A stretch of DNA of 64,000 bases, taken from Terriglobales bacterium. Its GTDB lineage: Bacteria > Acidobacteriota > Terriglobia > Terriglobales > Acidobacteriaceae. A model generated the notes under the pieces. The model did no database searches. It saw only the letters and a program-made list of their open reading frames with translations, and was not told where the DNA came from. Of this stretch, positions 15,409-24,688 are shown piece after piece. The DNA lies in assembly GCA_049697355.1 (NCBI GenBank), contig JBAVVP010000163.1, positions 1,169-65,168 of the forward strand. Direction: 5' to 3'. Numbering within the stretch: position 1 is the stretch's first letter; each line of letters begins with the position of its first letter. A program made the translations under genes and the position numbers.

Positions 15409-17769
15409 TTAGGGAGTCACGATGATCTGCTTTCCGGAATAGTTCACCACTTTGTCGGGGGTACTGGAAGGCGCAATACCCGTCCCGTGGTTCTCACCGA
15501 CAAAGACCACACGGAACGTCCGGCTCGCTAGCATTCCCGGAAACTGGCCTTGCCGGTCGCTAATGGTCAGGGTTTGCCTGGCATCGTCCCAGCGAAAAGG
15601 AATCGTGGCGTAGGTGCCCTTCTCATAGTTGTAGTTGTCGTTTTCGTCTTCGTAGAGAGTGAACGCACCATCGGCCCCGCGATAGACGCGCAACTCGATC
15701 GGGTCAACGGGCTTTTCCGTGGCCCACTCAACATCAGGACCCATCGGCAAGATAGAGCCAGCACGAATGTAAAGTGGGAGGCGGTCGAGCGGAGCTTGAG
15801 CGGTGATCCCATGTCCGCCATCAACCTGAACGCCGCTCCAAAAGTCATACCACTTAGTGTTGGGCAAATAGACGGGGCGGCTGGTGGCTCCAGGCTCGGT
15901 GACGGGATTCACCAGGAATGCCGTGCCGTACATGAATTCATCCCATGTGTTTTGCGCTCGCACATCGGTGCGAAAGTCCATCACCAATGGCCGCATCGGA
16001 GTGTAACTCTCGCTGGTCGTCTTCCAGGCCAGGGAGTAGATGTAGGGCAATAAACGGCAGCGGAGACGGTCAAAGTTGACCAGGATTTTTTGTGCGTCGG
16101 GGCCGTACGACCACAGTTCGTTCTGATCGGTCTTACGGGTTCCGTGGACACGCAAGATCGGGTTGAATGTTCCGTACTGAAACCAGCGGACAAACAGCTC
16201 TCGATAGGCTGGGTCGTCAGGGTCACCAAAAACGAATCCACCTATGTCGGTGGTCCAGTAGGGAATGCCAGAAAGAGCAAAGTTCAAGCCGGCGGGAATC
16301 TGCCGGCGATAGCTGAACCAGTCAGAGTTGATGTCGCCCGACCAGGCGGTGACGGCATTTCTTTGCGATCCTGCAAAGGCAGATCGCGACAAGATAAATA
16401 CACGTTTCTGCTCCGATGAGCTGCGCTGTCCTTCGTAGACTGCGCCGGTCGTCAGCATGGGATACAGGTTGACGTAGCGATCACCGCTGCCCGCCGCTAG
16501 TTTGTGACCGAGCTGAATGTTTTCTTCCTGGCCTTCGGTCTCGGGTTCGGTTGTATCCATCCACCAGGCATCGAGGCCAATGCTGAACAGTCCTTTATTG
16601 ACCTGCCCCCAGTAGAATTTGCGAGCTTCCGGGCTGGTCGCGTCGTATACCGCCATGGCATCGGTGTGAAAAGGGGGCTTGGCGAACTTGAACTTGTCGA
16701 TGAACCATCCCCGCTTCTCCATGTGGTCGTAGTTGGACGAGCCCGGTTCGAAGAATGGCCAGATCGAGATCATCAGGTGGAAGTTCTCGCGGTGAAGTTC
16801 GTCGACCATGCCCTTGGGATCGGGATAGTTCTTGTTGAAGACGAACTCTCCCTTGTGGTTCCACCAGAACCAATCCTGCACAATGTTGTCGGCGGGGATG
16901 TGGAGCTCACGATACTTGCGGGCCACGCCCAGGATTTCTTCCTGCGATTTGTAGCGATTCTTGCACTGCCAGAAACCATACGCCCACTTGCCGAACATGG
17001 GCGCTTGTCCGGTGAGCTCACGGTAACTGGCGATGACTGTGTCGAGTTCGGGACCGTAGAAAAAGTAATAATCGATCACGTCGGCGACTTCCGAACTGAT
17101 GTACAGATAATTCGCGAAGCGGTTGTTGAAGCGGCTGCGCGAATCGTTGTTCCAGAAGATGCCGTACCCGTTGCTCGAAACCAGGAACGGCACGGCGATG
17201 TTCGTGTTGTCTTGCGAAATGTCGACCGATTCGCCGCGATAGTTCCAGACACCGGCCTGGTGCTGGCCTAGCCCGTATAGGGCTTCTCGTGACCCGTAGA
17301 TATTGACGAATGACTCAGCGCGGTACGTCTCTTCGCCGTTCACCCTCACGGGGGTCAGAGTCCTGGTTGCTTCCTGCACCAGTTGGTTGCCGGCAAGATC
17401 ATAATAGGTAATTGCTCCATCCTTGCGGGTAACGGTGACCTTCAGTTTCAACGTCAAAAGCGTGACTTCCTCATCACTCTGCTGAATCGTCCACGGAGCC
17501 GCTGACCAATTCTTCTTGATGACCACCGGATCGGGAGGGCTCTGAGGAAAAGAGGAAGTCGGAGAATAGACGACGTGGATAATCGAGTCGGAGCAGATCT
17601 GCAGCCGAAGCGTCCCAGATTTCATGGTGAAGACCACGCCATCGGCTTGCGGCTGGACTGCGACCACGGGGTCCATGGGTGCCCATTGCGCAAGCGCAGA
17701 TGACACGAGCCCGAACACCAAGAGCACCAGCAGGATTGAGCGCGGAAAGAAGGTTCTTTGGCCTAGCAT
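15409..17769 (-). CDS. GH31 glycosidase (alpha-xylosidase / alpha-glucosidase type)
   Basis: Track ORF runs to 17934; ATG 17769 gives signal peptide MLGQRTFFPRSILLVLLVFGLVSSALA. GH31 blocks QDWFWW, GLDAWWMDTTEPE, WSGDINSDW. Confidence 0.9.
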   Translation of the reverse strand: MLGQRTFFPRSILLVLLVFGLVSSALAQWAPMDPVVAVQPQADGVVFTMKSGTLRLQICSDSIIHVVYSPTSSFPQSPPDPVVIKKNWSAAPWTIQQSDEEVTLLTLKLKVTVTRKDGAITYYDLAGNQLVQEATRTLTPVRVNGEETYRAESFVNIYGSREALYGLGQHQAGVWNYRGESVDISQDNTNIAVPFLVSSNGYGIFWNNDSRSRFNNRFANYLYISSEVADVIDYYFFYGPELDTVIASYRELTGQAPMFGKWAYGFWQCKNRYKSQEEILGVARKYRELHIPADNIVQDWFWWNHKGEFVFNKNYPDPKGMVDELHRENFHLMISIWPFFEPGSSNYDHMEKRGWFIDKFKFAKPPFHTDAMAVYDATSPEARKFYWGQVNKGLFSIGLDAWWMDTTEPETEGQEENIQLGHKLAAGSGDRYVNLYPMLTTGAVYEGQRSSSEQKRVFILSRSAFAGSQRNAVTAWSGDINSDWFSYRRQIPAGLNFALSGIPYWTTDIGGFVFGDPDDPAYRELFVRWFQYGTFNPILRVHGTRKTDQNELWSYGPDAQKILVNFDRLRCRLLPYIYSLAWKTTSESYTPMRPLVMDFRTDVRAQNTWDEFMYGTAFLVNPVTEPGATSRPVYLPNTKWYDFWSGVQVDGGHGITAQAPLDRLPLYIRAGSILPMGPDVEWATEKPVDPIELRVYRGADGAFTLYEDENDNYNYEKGTYATIPFRWDDARQTLTISDRQGQFPGMLASRTFRVVFVGENHGTGIAPSSTPDKVVNYSGKQIIVTP

Positions 17770-18117
17770 ATTATGAAGACCTCGAGACCATTCAGACTCT
17801 TTGGAGAAAGAATTTGCGATTCGTCGAGGGTACACGCCAGCGGATCGCGGCGGAAGCAGGTGCCCTCCAATGAAGCTGCCGTGCTGGCCCTCGGAATCGA
17901 TTCCGGTAAACTGCGGCATCGCCTCGGCAAACACTGTGGCACTTTATAACTACAATTGTCAATGCGGAAGGCACGGAAACCCAGTGGAGAAAAGCCAGTA
18001 AACCATATTAATACTGCTAATTGCGGAAATGATTCGACCTCGGAAGAGTCCTGGATTGGGAGCACCTGCAAGCTGGAATCAGCCGCCAAAGTTAAGTCTA
18101 TACTTGCTTTATTATAC

Positions 18118-18131
18118 CGGAAACGTTTACG
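18118..18131. promoter_or_regulatory. LacI-type operator candidate CGGAAACGTTTACG
   Basis: 13/14 match to the perfect palindrome at 37703-37716. It lies in the divergent GH31 / mutarotase intergenic region, 59 bp upstream of ATG 18190. Confidence 0.4.
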
Positions 18132-18189
18132 TTACTCTGTTAAGGGTTTAGACTGTAGCGGTTTACGAGTCAGGACCTCGGAGACCCTA

Positions 18190-19359
18190 ATGAAGATTGC
18201 CAACGCAAGGTGCAAAATCCTATCCCTGACAGTCCTAATGGTTATTTCGTCGGGCCTGGCTTGGGCCGCGAATCCTACGAAAGCAAACTCGGAGGCTGCT
18301 GTGGAGACCAGTAAGTTTGGAACCCTGCAGGACGGGAAGGTCGTTGAGTTGTACACGCTAAAGAATGCCAAGGGCGCCACCGCCAAGGTCATTACCTATG
18401 GCGCGACACTGACCGAACTGTGGGTCCCCGATCGATTCGGAAAGCTCGGCGATGTGGTGCTCGGGTTCGACAACCTTCAGGGCTACCTCGGAAAACATCC
18501 CTGGTTCGGAGCCACGGTCGGACGAGTAGCGAACCGTATCGCGAAGGGCAAGTTCACGCTCGATGGAAAAGAATATTCGCTGGAGATCAACGATCCGCCC
18601 AATAGCCTGCATAGTGGGTCGAAGGATTTGAGCCGCGTGGTGTGGAAGGCGGAACCGGTTCATGAGCGGGACGGCGCCGCAGTTCGCTTTACCTATGACA
18701 GCCCGGATGGAGACGAAGGTTTTCCGGGTCGTCTGGCGGTAACGGTCCTCTACCGGCTGACCAACAACAACGAATTGCAGCTGGAATACACGGCCAAGAC
18801 CGACAAAGCGACCCCCGTCAATCTCACCAATCACAGTTATTTCAACCTCGACGGCAATAAGGATGTCCTGGGAGAAGAGTTGCAACTGAACGCGGAGAAG
18901 TACACGCCGGTGGATGCCACGCTGATTCCGACGGGCGAGATCCGGCCGGTGAAAGGAACGCCGCTCGACTTCACGCACCCGGTTGCCATCGGCGCGCACA
19001 TTGCCGAGATGAAGGGAGATCCCGGAGGCTACGATCACAACTTCGTGTTGAGCGCGGACCGAGGCAAGCTCAAGTTGGCGGCCAGCGTTGTGGATCCAGT
19101 TTCGGGCCGGAAGATGGAAGTGTGGACGACGGAACCCGGGGTGCAGTTCTATTCGGGAAACTTTCTCGACGGAAGCCTCACTGGCAAGCGTGGGATCGTC
19201 TACGGGAAACATTCCGGTTTCTGCCTGGAGACGCAACACTTCCCGGATGCCGTGAATCAGCCAACGTTTCCGTCGGTAATCCTGCGGCCGTCTTCGGTCT
19301 ATAGCACGCAGACGACCTACAAATTCTCAACCGTTGACCGGAGCGGAAACGGCAGGTGA
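18190..19359 (+). CDS. Aldose 1-epimerase (galactose mutarotase family) with signal peptide
   Basis: Track ORF starts at 17956; ATG 18190 gives MKIANARCKILSLTVLMVISSGLAWA. Blocks GATVGRVANRI, LHSG, LTNHSYFNL, GFCLETQHFPD. Confidence 0.9.
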   Translation: MKIANARCKILSLTVLMVISSGLAWAANPTKANSEAAVETSKFGTLQDGKVVELYTLKNAKGATAKVITYGATLTELWVPDRFGKLGDVVLGFDNLQGYLGKHPWFGATVGRVANRIAKGKFTLDGKEYSLEINDPPNSLHSGSKDLSRVVWKAEPVHERDGAAVRFTYDSPDGDEGFPGRLAVTVLYRLTNNNELQLEYTAKTDKATPVNLTNHSYFNLDGNKDVLGEELQLNAEKYTPVDATLIPTGEIRPVKGTPLDFTHPVAIGAHIAEMKGDPGGYDHNFVLSADRGKLKLAASVVDPVSGRKMEVWTTEPGVQFYSGNFLDGSLTGKRGIVYGKHSGFCLETQHFPDAVNQPTFPSVILRPSSVYSTQTTYKFSTVDRSGNGR

Positions 19360-19427
19360 CCGAAGCAAAGATCCTGACTCGTGCGATGAAAGGGTGTCGG
19401 TAAGACACAGACGGTGATCCTCCAAGC

Positions 19428-21128
19428 ATGATGGCTATGGCTTTGGTGGTTCCGCAGCGACTGGTTCACTTATCCCTCGTCGATTCGATCATTATCGTCT
19501 TTTACTTTGTGCTGGTGCTGGCCATTGGCTTCTATCTGAAGCGGCAGTCCAATACCAGCGAGGATTACTTTCTTGCCGGCCGCGAGATGACGGCGTGGAT
19601 CGCCGGCCTCAGTTTTCTCTCCGCGAACCTCGGCGCCCTGGAACTCATGGGATGGGCCGCCGCCTCGTATCAGTACGGCATCCTCGCGGCCCACTGGTAT
19701 TGGATCGGCGCCATTCCCGCCATGATCTTCCTCGGCCTGGTGATGATGCCGTTCTATTACATTTCCAAAACGCACTCCGTCCCCGGCTACCTCAAACTAC
19801 GCTACGGAGAGCCGAGCCGCGCCTTGTCCGCCGTCTCTTTCGCTTTTATGACCGTGCTCATGAGCGGCATCAACATGTACTCCATGGCGCTGGTCATGAA
19901 AGTTGTGCTCGGCTGGGACATCCACTTCAGCATCTGGGTTTCCTCGATCACGGTCGCGATCTACGTGGGCCTTGGCGGACTGCGATCGGCCATCTTCAAC
20001 GAGGTGCTGCAGTTCATTCTGATCTGGGCTGGCGCGCTGCTGATTCCGATCCTTGGTTTGATCGAAGCCGGCGGGTGGAAGAACCTGCAGGCGCAGGTAG
20101 CGCAACGTGCCTCGGCGGAATATACGCACTTATGGAGCACCCTCGGTTCGTTCCAATCGAATCCCATGGGCATTCATTGGACCGGGATCGTTTTCGGTCT
20201 GGGTGCGTGCATCTCCATGGGCTACTGGACGACGGACTTCCTGGTCGTGCAACGCATACTCTCCGCCAAAGACTTGCGCGCCGCGAAGATGGCACCCATC
20301 ATCGGCGCTGCTTTCAAGATGTTTGTGCCGCTGATTGTGATCCTTCCCGGGCTGATCGGAATCGCCGTCCTGCCCATGAAGTTGATGGGTGAGGGCGCGG
20401 CGGTTGCTACCGGCGGGCACAGCTACAACGAAGTGCTGCCCCTGCTGTTGGCCCGTTACTGTGGCCCTGGACTGCTTGGGTTGGGCGTGACGGCGCTCAT
20501 GGCCGGATTCATGTCGGGCATGGCGGGCAACGTCAGCGCCTTCTCGACCGTGTGGACCTACGACATTTACGGCGCGCTGCTCCACAAGAACGCGACCGAC
20601 AAGCAGTACGTGAACATGGGACGCTGGTCCACGGTGGTCGGCGTGTTGATCAGCGTGGGCACGGCTTACCTGGTGATGCAATTCCTCAGCATCATGGACT
20701 ACGTGCAGGCGCTCTTCAGCTTCTTCATCGCCCCGCTCTACGGCACCGTGCTGCTGGGCATGTTGTGGAAGCGCGCCACCAATGCCGGAGGATTCTGGGG
20801 TCTGCTGGCGGGAACTCTTTCTTCCATTGGCATGTGGGCGTGGGTGAAGGTGGATCCTTCGGCCCTCCGGTATGTGGCGCTGTCGGCATACGCTCGCGAC
20901 ATGGCGGAAAACATGTACCGCGCGCTGTGGTCTTGTCTGATTTGCGTCGCGGTCACGGTCGTGGTCAGCCTGTTGACCGCTCCCAAGCCGGCCAGCGAAC
21001 TCAAGGGCCTGGTGTACGGCGAAACCGAGATACCCTCCGAAGGCGAATTAGCGTTCTATCAACGGCCCGTGTTCTGGGCCGTCGTTGTCTTGGCGGTGTT
21101 CGTCGTGCTGAATATTCTGTTCTGGTGA
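19428..21128 (+). CDS. Sodium:solute symporter family (SGLT-like sugar transporter)
   Basis: 566 aa and highly hydrophobic. YFLAGREM near the N-terminus and GLGGLRSAIFNEVLQ are typical of the SSF. Confidence 0.9.
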   Translation: MMAMALVVPQRLVHLSLVDSIIIVFYFVLVLAIGFYLKRQSNTSEDYFLAGREMTAWIAGLSFLSANLGALELMGWAAASYQYGILAAHWYWIGAIPAMIFLGLVMMPFYYISKTHSVPGYLKLRYGEPSRALSAVSFAFMTVLMSGINMYSMALVMKVVLGWDIHFSIWVSSITVAIYVGLGGLRSAIFNEVLQFILIWAGALLIPILGLIEAGGWKNLQAQVAQRASAEYTHLWSTLGSFQSNPMGIHWTGIVFGLGACISMGYWTTDFLVVQRILSAKDLRAAKMAPIIGAAFKMFVPLIVILPGLIGIAVLPMKLMGEGAAVATGGHSYNEVLPLLLARYCGPGLLGLGVTALMAGFMSGMAGNVSAFSTVWTYDIYGALLHKNATDKQYVNMGRWSTVVGVLISVGTAYLVMQFLSIMDYVQALFSFFIAPLYGTVLLGMLWKRATNAGGFWGLLAGTLSSIGMWAWVKVDPSALRYVALSAYARDMAENMYRALWSCLICVAVTVVVSLLTAPKPASELKGLVYGETEIPSEGELAFYQRPVFWAVVVLAVFVVLNILFW

Positions 21129-21129
21129 G

Positions 21130-21351
21130 GTGACCATGCACTCCGAAGGCTCGATCTCGATTTGGTTTTTCATTGGCATCTCTCTGCTCGGAAACGGCCT
21201 GCTGATCTTCGGAGCCGGCCTTTACGAACTGGCACATCCGCCGGCACAACCGGTGGTGCTGTTCTCGCTGCACGCACCGGTGTGGTGGGGGGCTCTGCTC
21301 GCGCTAGCGGGAGCGGCGTACTGCTATTACTTTCGGCCGGGACGAGCATGA
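21130..21351 (+). CDS. Small two-helix membrane protein coupled to the SSF transporter
   Basis: GTG 21130 lies 2 nt after the SSF stop (TGA 21126-21128); ATG 21136 is an alternative. 73 aa with two hydrophobic segments. Confidence 0.5.
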   Translation: MTMHSEGSISIWFFIGISLLGNGLLIFGAGLYELAHPPAQPVVLFSLHAPVWWGALLALAGAAYCYYFRPGRA

Positions 21352-21442
21352 ATCGGGCGATCGGGTGATCGGAAGATCAAGAACCGCGTGTTCCAGATTT
21401 TCGATGGCCCGATGGCCCGATCACCCTGCGGCCCGATCACAG
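21352..21442. repeat. Inverted arrays of 8-nt periodic repeats forming a long imperfect hairpin; GATC-rich
   Basis: ATCGGGCG ATCGGGTG ATCGGAAG (21352-21375) faces GATGGCCC GATGGCCC GATCACCC TGCGGCCC GATCACAG (21403-21442). GGGTGATCGG / CCGATCACCC is a 10-bp perfect inverted repeat. There are six GATC in about 115 bp. Confidence 0.45.
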
Positions 21443-21479
21443 CGGATGGAACGGAATCGTTGATCGATAAGGACTCATT

Positions 21480-22931
21480 ATGTCGAATGGTGAGCAGTCG
21501 AATCAGAAGCGGAAAATGACGTTCGGGTTGATTGTCGGGAACCGCGGCTTTTTCCCCGACCATCTGGCGAAATCCGGCCGGGAAGAAATGCTGCGCGCGC
21601 TCGACGAAGCGGGTATCGACGTGGTCGCGCTGGGGACCGAGGAGAGCAAGCACGGCGCGGTTGAGACCCACGAAGAAGCTAAACGCTGTGCGGCGCTGTT
21701 TCGCAAGCATGCGGACCGACTGGATGGTGTAATCGTCACTCTGCCAAATTTTGGAGACGAGCGTGCCATCGCCGACACGCTGCGCCTGGCGAGACTCAAT
21801 GTTCCGGTGCTGGTGCAGGCAACGCCCGACCAGCCCAGCAAAATGACGATCGCGTTCCGGCGCGACAGCTTTTGCGGCAAGATGTCGGCGTGTAACAACC
21901 TGCGGCAGTACGGGATTCCTTATTCGCTTACGGCGACGCATACGGTTGCGCCAGACTCCGCGGAGTTCCGCAAGGATCTGGAGTGGTTTGCGGGCGTCTG
22001 CCGGATCGTAAACGGCCTGCGTGATCTGCGAGTCGGCAGCATTGGTGCGCGTCCGGCGGCGTTTAATACGGTCCGATACAGCGAAAAGATTCTGGAGGCA
22101 AACGGCATTTCCGTCGAAACCATAGACCTCTCCGAGATTCTGGGCCGGATCGCGCGCCTGGGAGATGCAGAAGCGTGCGTACAAGGCAAGCTGCACGAGA
22201 TCCGCAAATATGTGACGACAAGCGGAGTGCCGGAAGCAGCCCTGATCAAGATGGCCAAGCTGGGCGCAGTTATTGATGGCTGGATGAAATCGGCGGATGT
22301 CACCGTCAGCGCCGTGCAGTGCTGGACTGCGCTCGAAGAATATTTTGGCGTAGTCCCGTGCACCATCATGAGCATGATGAGCAACAATCTGATCCCCAGC
22401 GCCTGCGAGGTGGACGTATGCGGCACCGTCAGCATGCACGCCTTACGCCTTGCCTCGGAAACGCCCAGCGCGCTGCTCGACTGGAACAATAACTATGGCG
22501 ATAATCCCGACAAGGCCGTCTGCTTCCACTGCAGCAATCTTCCCAAACATTTCTTTCAGGATGTGCGCATGGACTTCCAGGAAATCATTGCCGGAACGGT
22601 GGGCAAGGAAAACACATTCGGCACCTGCGTGGGCCGTGTCAAAGCGGGCGCGATGAGCTTTGCGCGTTTCTCCACCGATGACCGCGCCGGAGTGGTGCGT
22701 GGCTACGTCGGCGAAGGCGCTTTTACCAACGACCCCCTGAATACATTCGGCGGGGCAGGCGTGGTCGAGATTCCGCACATGCAGAAACTGCTGCACTACA
22801 TTTGTGAGAACGGCTTCGAGCATCACGTAGCCGCTAACTTCTCGACGGTTGCAGGCGCGACGCACGAGGCTGCTACCCGCTATCTGGGCTGGACTACCTA
22901 CTGGCATGGACGGGATCGAGTGGGCGACTGA
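21480..22931 (+). CDS. L-fucose isomerase-family sugar isomerase (short form)
   Basis: 483 aa. The overall pattern (FGLIVGNRGFFPD, SACEVDVCG, CFHCSNLP) resembles FucI/AraA-like isomerase family proteins as I recall them. The antisense ORF 21327..22439 is rejected. Confidence 0.75.
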   Translation: MSNGEQSNQKRKMTFGLIVGNRGFFPDHLAKSGREEMLRALDEAGIDVVALGTEESKHGAVETHEEAKRCAALFRKHADRLDGVIVTLPNFGDERAIADTLRLARLNVPVLVQATPDQPSKMTIAFRRDSFCGKMSACNNLRQYGIPYSLTATHTVAPDSAEFRKDLEWFAGVCRIVNGLRDLRVGSIGARPAAFNTVRYSEKILEANGISVETIDLSEILGRIARLGDAEACVQGKLHEIRKYVTTSGVPEAALIKMAKLGAVIDGWMKSADVTVSAVQCWTALEEYFGVVPCTIMSMMSNNLIPSACEVDVCGTVSMHALRLASETPSALLDWNNNYGDNPDKAVCFHCSNLPKHFFQDVRMDFQEIIAGTVGKENTFGTCVGRVKAGAMSFARFSTDDRAGVVRGYVGEGAFTNDPLNTFGGAGVVEIPHMQKLLHYICENGFEHHVAANFSTVAGATHEAATRYLGWTTYWHGRDRVGD

Positions 22932-23075
22932 AGTCCGACCTGCATCAAACTTTTTGGGATTGATGTCGGCACCGGTGGAAAGTGTTTCCCCCCATCAGCG
23001 CAGCCCACCTCGAAGAGGGATTCTGATTTCCTGTTGCAATGCGGTAAGCCCTTCTCTATGACGAGCTATCCAGCC

Positions 23076-24191
23076 TCAGCCGAAGGACTCGACCATTTCA
23101 GGCGAGGCGCTCTGTACCCGAGCCGCCCGCTGAGGAGTCGATTCCAAGGATTGCCGCTGCAGAAAAAAATCGAGGTTGCCACGCATCACCAGATGCGGCG
23201 CCAGCGTCACCTGGAAGGATGGACACTCGCCCTCGACGAGAAATTCATGCAGCACGCGAAACGCCATGCGTCCTTGCGTGCGCGGCCGCTGATAAATCGT
23301 AGCCGCCACCGCTCGGGATCGGATTTCAGGCACCAGTGCGGGAAACAAATCTGTAGTGATAAAGGTGATCTGGTCCAGCATCTTTGCGTCGCGCGCGGCG
23401 TTCAACACCGGGATTGACGCCTCAGTGGTGACGTAGATGCCGGCCAGATCAGGGTGCTTCTTGAAGAGCTTCGCGCTCTTATCGTACGCCTCGGATTCAA
23501 CGTCGTGATCCTCGATCGTTTCCTGTAGTTGCATCTGCGGATACAGGCCCAGCAGAGTGCTGGCGAAGGCCTTGTGCTTCTCAGCATGTTCGGTGATCGC
23601 CAGAGAACTCAGCGTCACGGCAAGTTTTCCTTTACCGCCGAGGAAACTCCCCATCAGATCGGCCGCGAGCGAGCCGCTGACCAGAGTGTCGATCGAGACC
23701 ACCGCCAGACGGCCAGTGTTTGGGGCATCGGTGGCCACGCAGACAACGGGAATGTTGTTTCGCGATGCACGCCGCATCCATGAGTGCAGACTCTGCGGAC
23801 GACTGGGAAATGTAATGATCCCATCCACGCCAGCTTTAAGAGCCGCTTCAAAGGCCTCTTCTTCGCCTTCCCCCAAGCGAGGATAGGTTCGATACTCAAT
23901 CTCTACGTTCTCCATGACCAGTCCCCGCGCCTCTTCGCCGATCCCCGCGCGGACTTCGTCCCAGAAAGAAGTGGTTCCCTGGAGGGTGTTGACTGAGACT
24001 CGCAGATTGCGCTTCGAGGATAGATAACGCGCTGCCAGATTCGGCCGATATCCCAGAGTCTTCGCCATCTGCAGCACTCTGGACTTAGTCATAGGGCTGA
24101 CGCCGGGATGATTGTGCAAGGCGCGGTGGACGGTTCCGGTAGAAACTCCGAGAGCCCCGGCGATGTCCACGAGCTTGGTTTTTTGCTTCAC
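23076..24191 (-). CDS. LacI-family transcriptional regulator
   Basis: N-terminal HTH KLVDIAGALGVSTGTVHRALHNHPGVSPMTKSRVLQMAKTLGYRPN, followed by a periplasmic-binding-fold core. Confidence 0.9.
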   Translation of the reverse strand: MKQKTKLVDIAGALGVSTGTVHRALHNHPGVSPMTKSRVLQMAKTLGYRPNLAARYLSSKRNLRVSVNTLQGTTSFWDEVRAGIGEEARGLVMENVEIEYRTYPRLGEGEEEAFEAALKAGVDGIITFPSRPQSLHSWMRRASRNNIPVVCVATDAPNTGRLAVVSIDTLVSGSLAADLMGSFLGGKGKLAVTLSSLAITEHAEKHKAFASTLLGLYPQMQLQETIEDHDVESEAYDKSAKLFKKHPDLAGIYVTTEASIPVLNAARDAKMLDQITFITTDLFPALVPEIRSRAVAATIYQRPRTQGRMAFRVLHEFLVEGECPSFQVTLAPHLVMRGNLDFFLQRQSLESTPQRAARVQSASPEMVESFG

Positions 24192-24275
24192 AGCAGCACT
24201 CGGAGGGTTTTACGTGCGCCGTCAATTCTTGGCGATCTACCGATTTTCATGAGAGGTCTACGGAAGCTGGCAGAC

Positions 24276-24289
24276 CGTAAACGTTAACG
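24276..24289. promoter_or_regulatory. LacI-type operator candidate CGTAAACGTTAACG
   Basis: 13/14 match to the 37703-37716 palindrome. It lies 85 bp upstream of the LacI start (24191) in the divergent region with the esterase gene. Confidence 0.4.
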
Positions 24290-24688
24290 AAGGTAAATCT
24301 CCGCATCCTCTGCTGTCAACAAGATTCGTTGAAGGTCTTTTATCCTAAGCGTTTATCGATGATTTTGTAGATCGTGCCCGCGGGAATGGAACAAGTCGAC
24401 CGCATGCCAAGCGAGGACACAAAAATCGCGGCACCAGGCCGCTCCAGAATATGTCTATTCTCGTTTAATGATGATGATGGGGGGGACGCGGTAATTTGCA
24501 GGAATCGGCGCGCCGTGCCCCGCCCCCCACGGATTCGGCTCTGCGGTTCCGGCCGCAATCGGTGCAGGCTTTGAAATCTCGACGCTTGCAGCTTTGAAGT
24601 GTATCAGGCTGGCGCATGAGTTCGATTGCTAAGCGAATCCGACGAATTTGTGTAAGCTGTTGCTTTGTTGAACGGAGTTCTTGAAATC

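Noticed and set aside
21327-22439. 370-aa minus-strand ORF
   Set aside because: It is antisense to the FucI-like isomerase and also overlaps the small membrane ORF. No motifs were seen.
22935-22969. A hairpin between the convergent FucI-like and LacI genes, considered as a bidirectional terminator
   Set aside because: The stem is interrupted by a 4-nt bulge and no U-tract follows on either strand, so I am not confident it is an intrinsic terminator.
24192-24688. A 500-bp intergenic region with G7 and C6 tracts; I considered a riboswitch, a leader or small ORFs
   Set aside because: I could not recognise any known riboswitch core. The G7/C6 pairing gives only a 6-bp stem with a ~35-nt loop. 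ORFs 24340..24558 and 24374..24574 lack an RBS and look random. Only the operator-like palindrome at 24276-24289 is retained.
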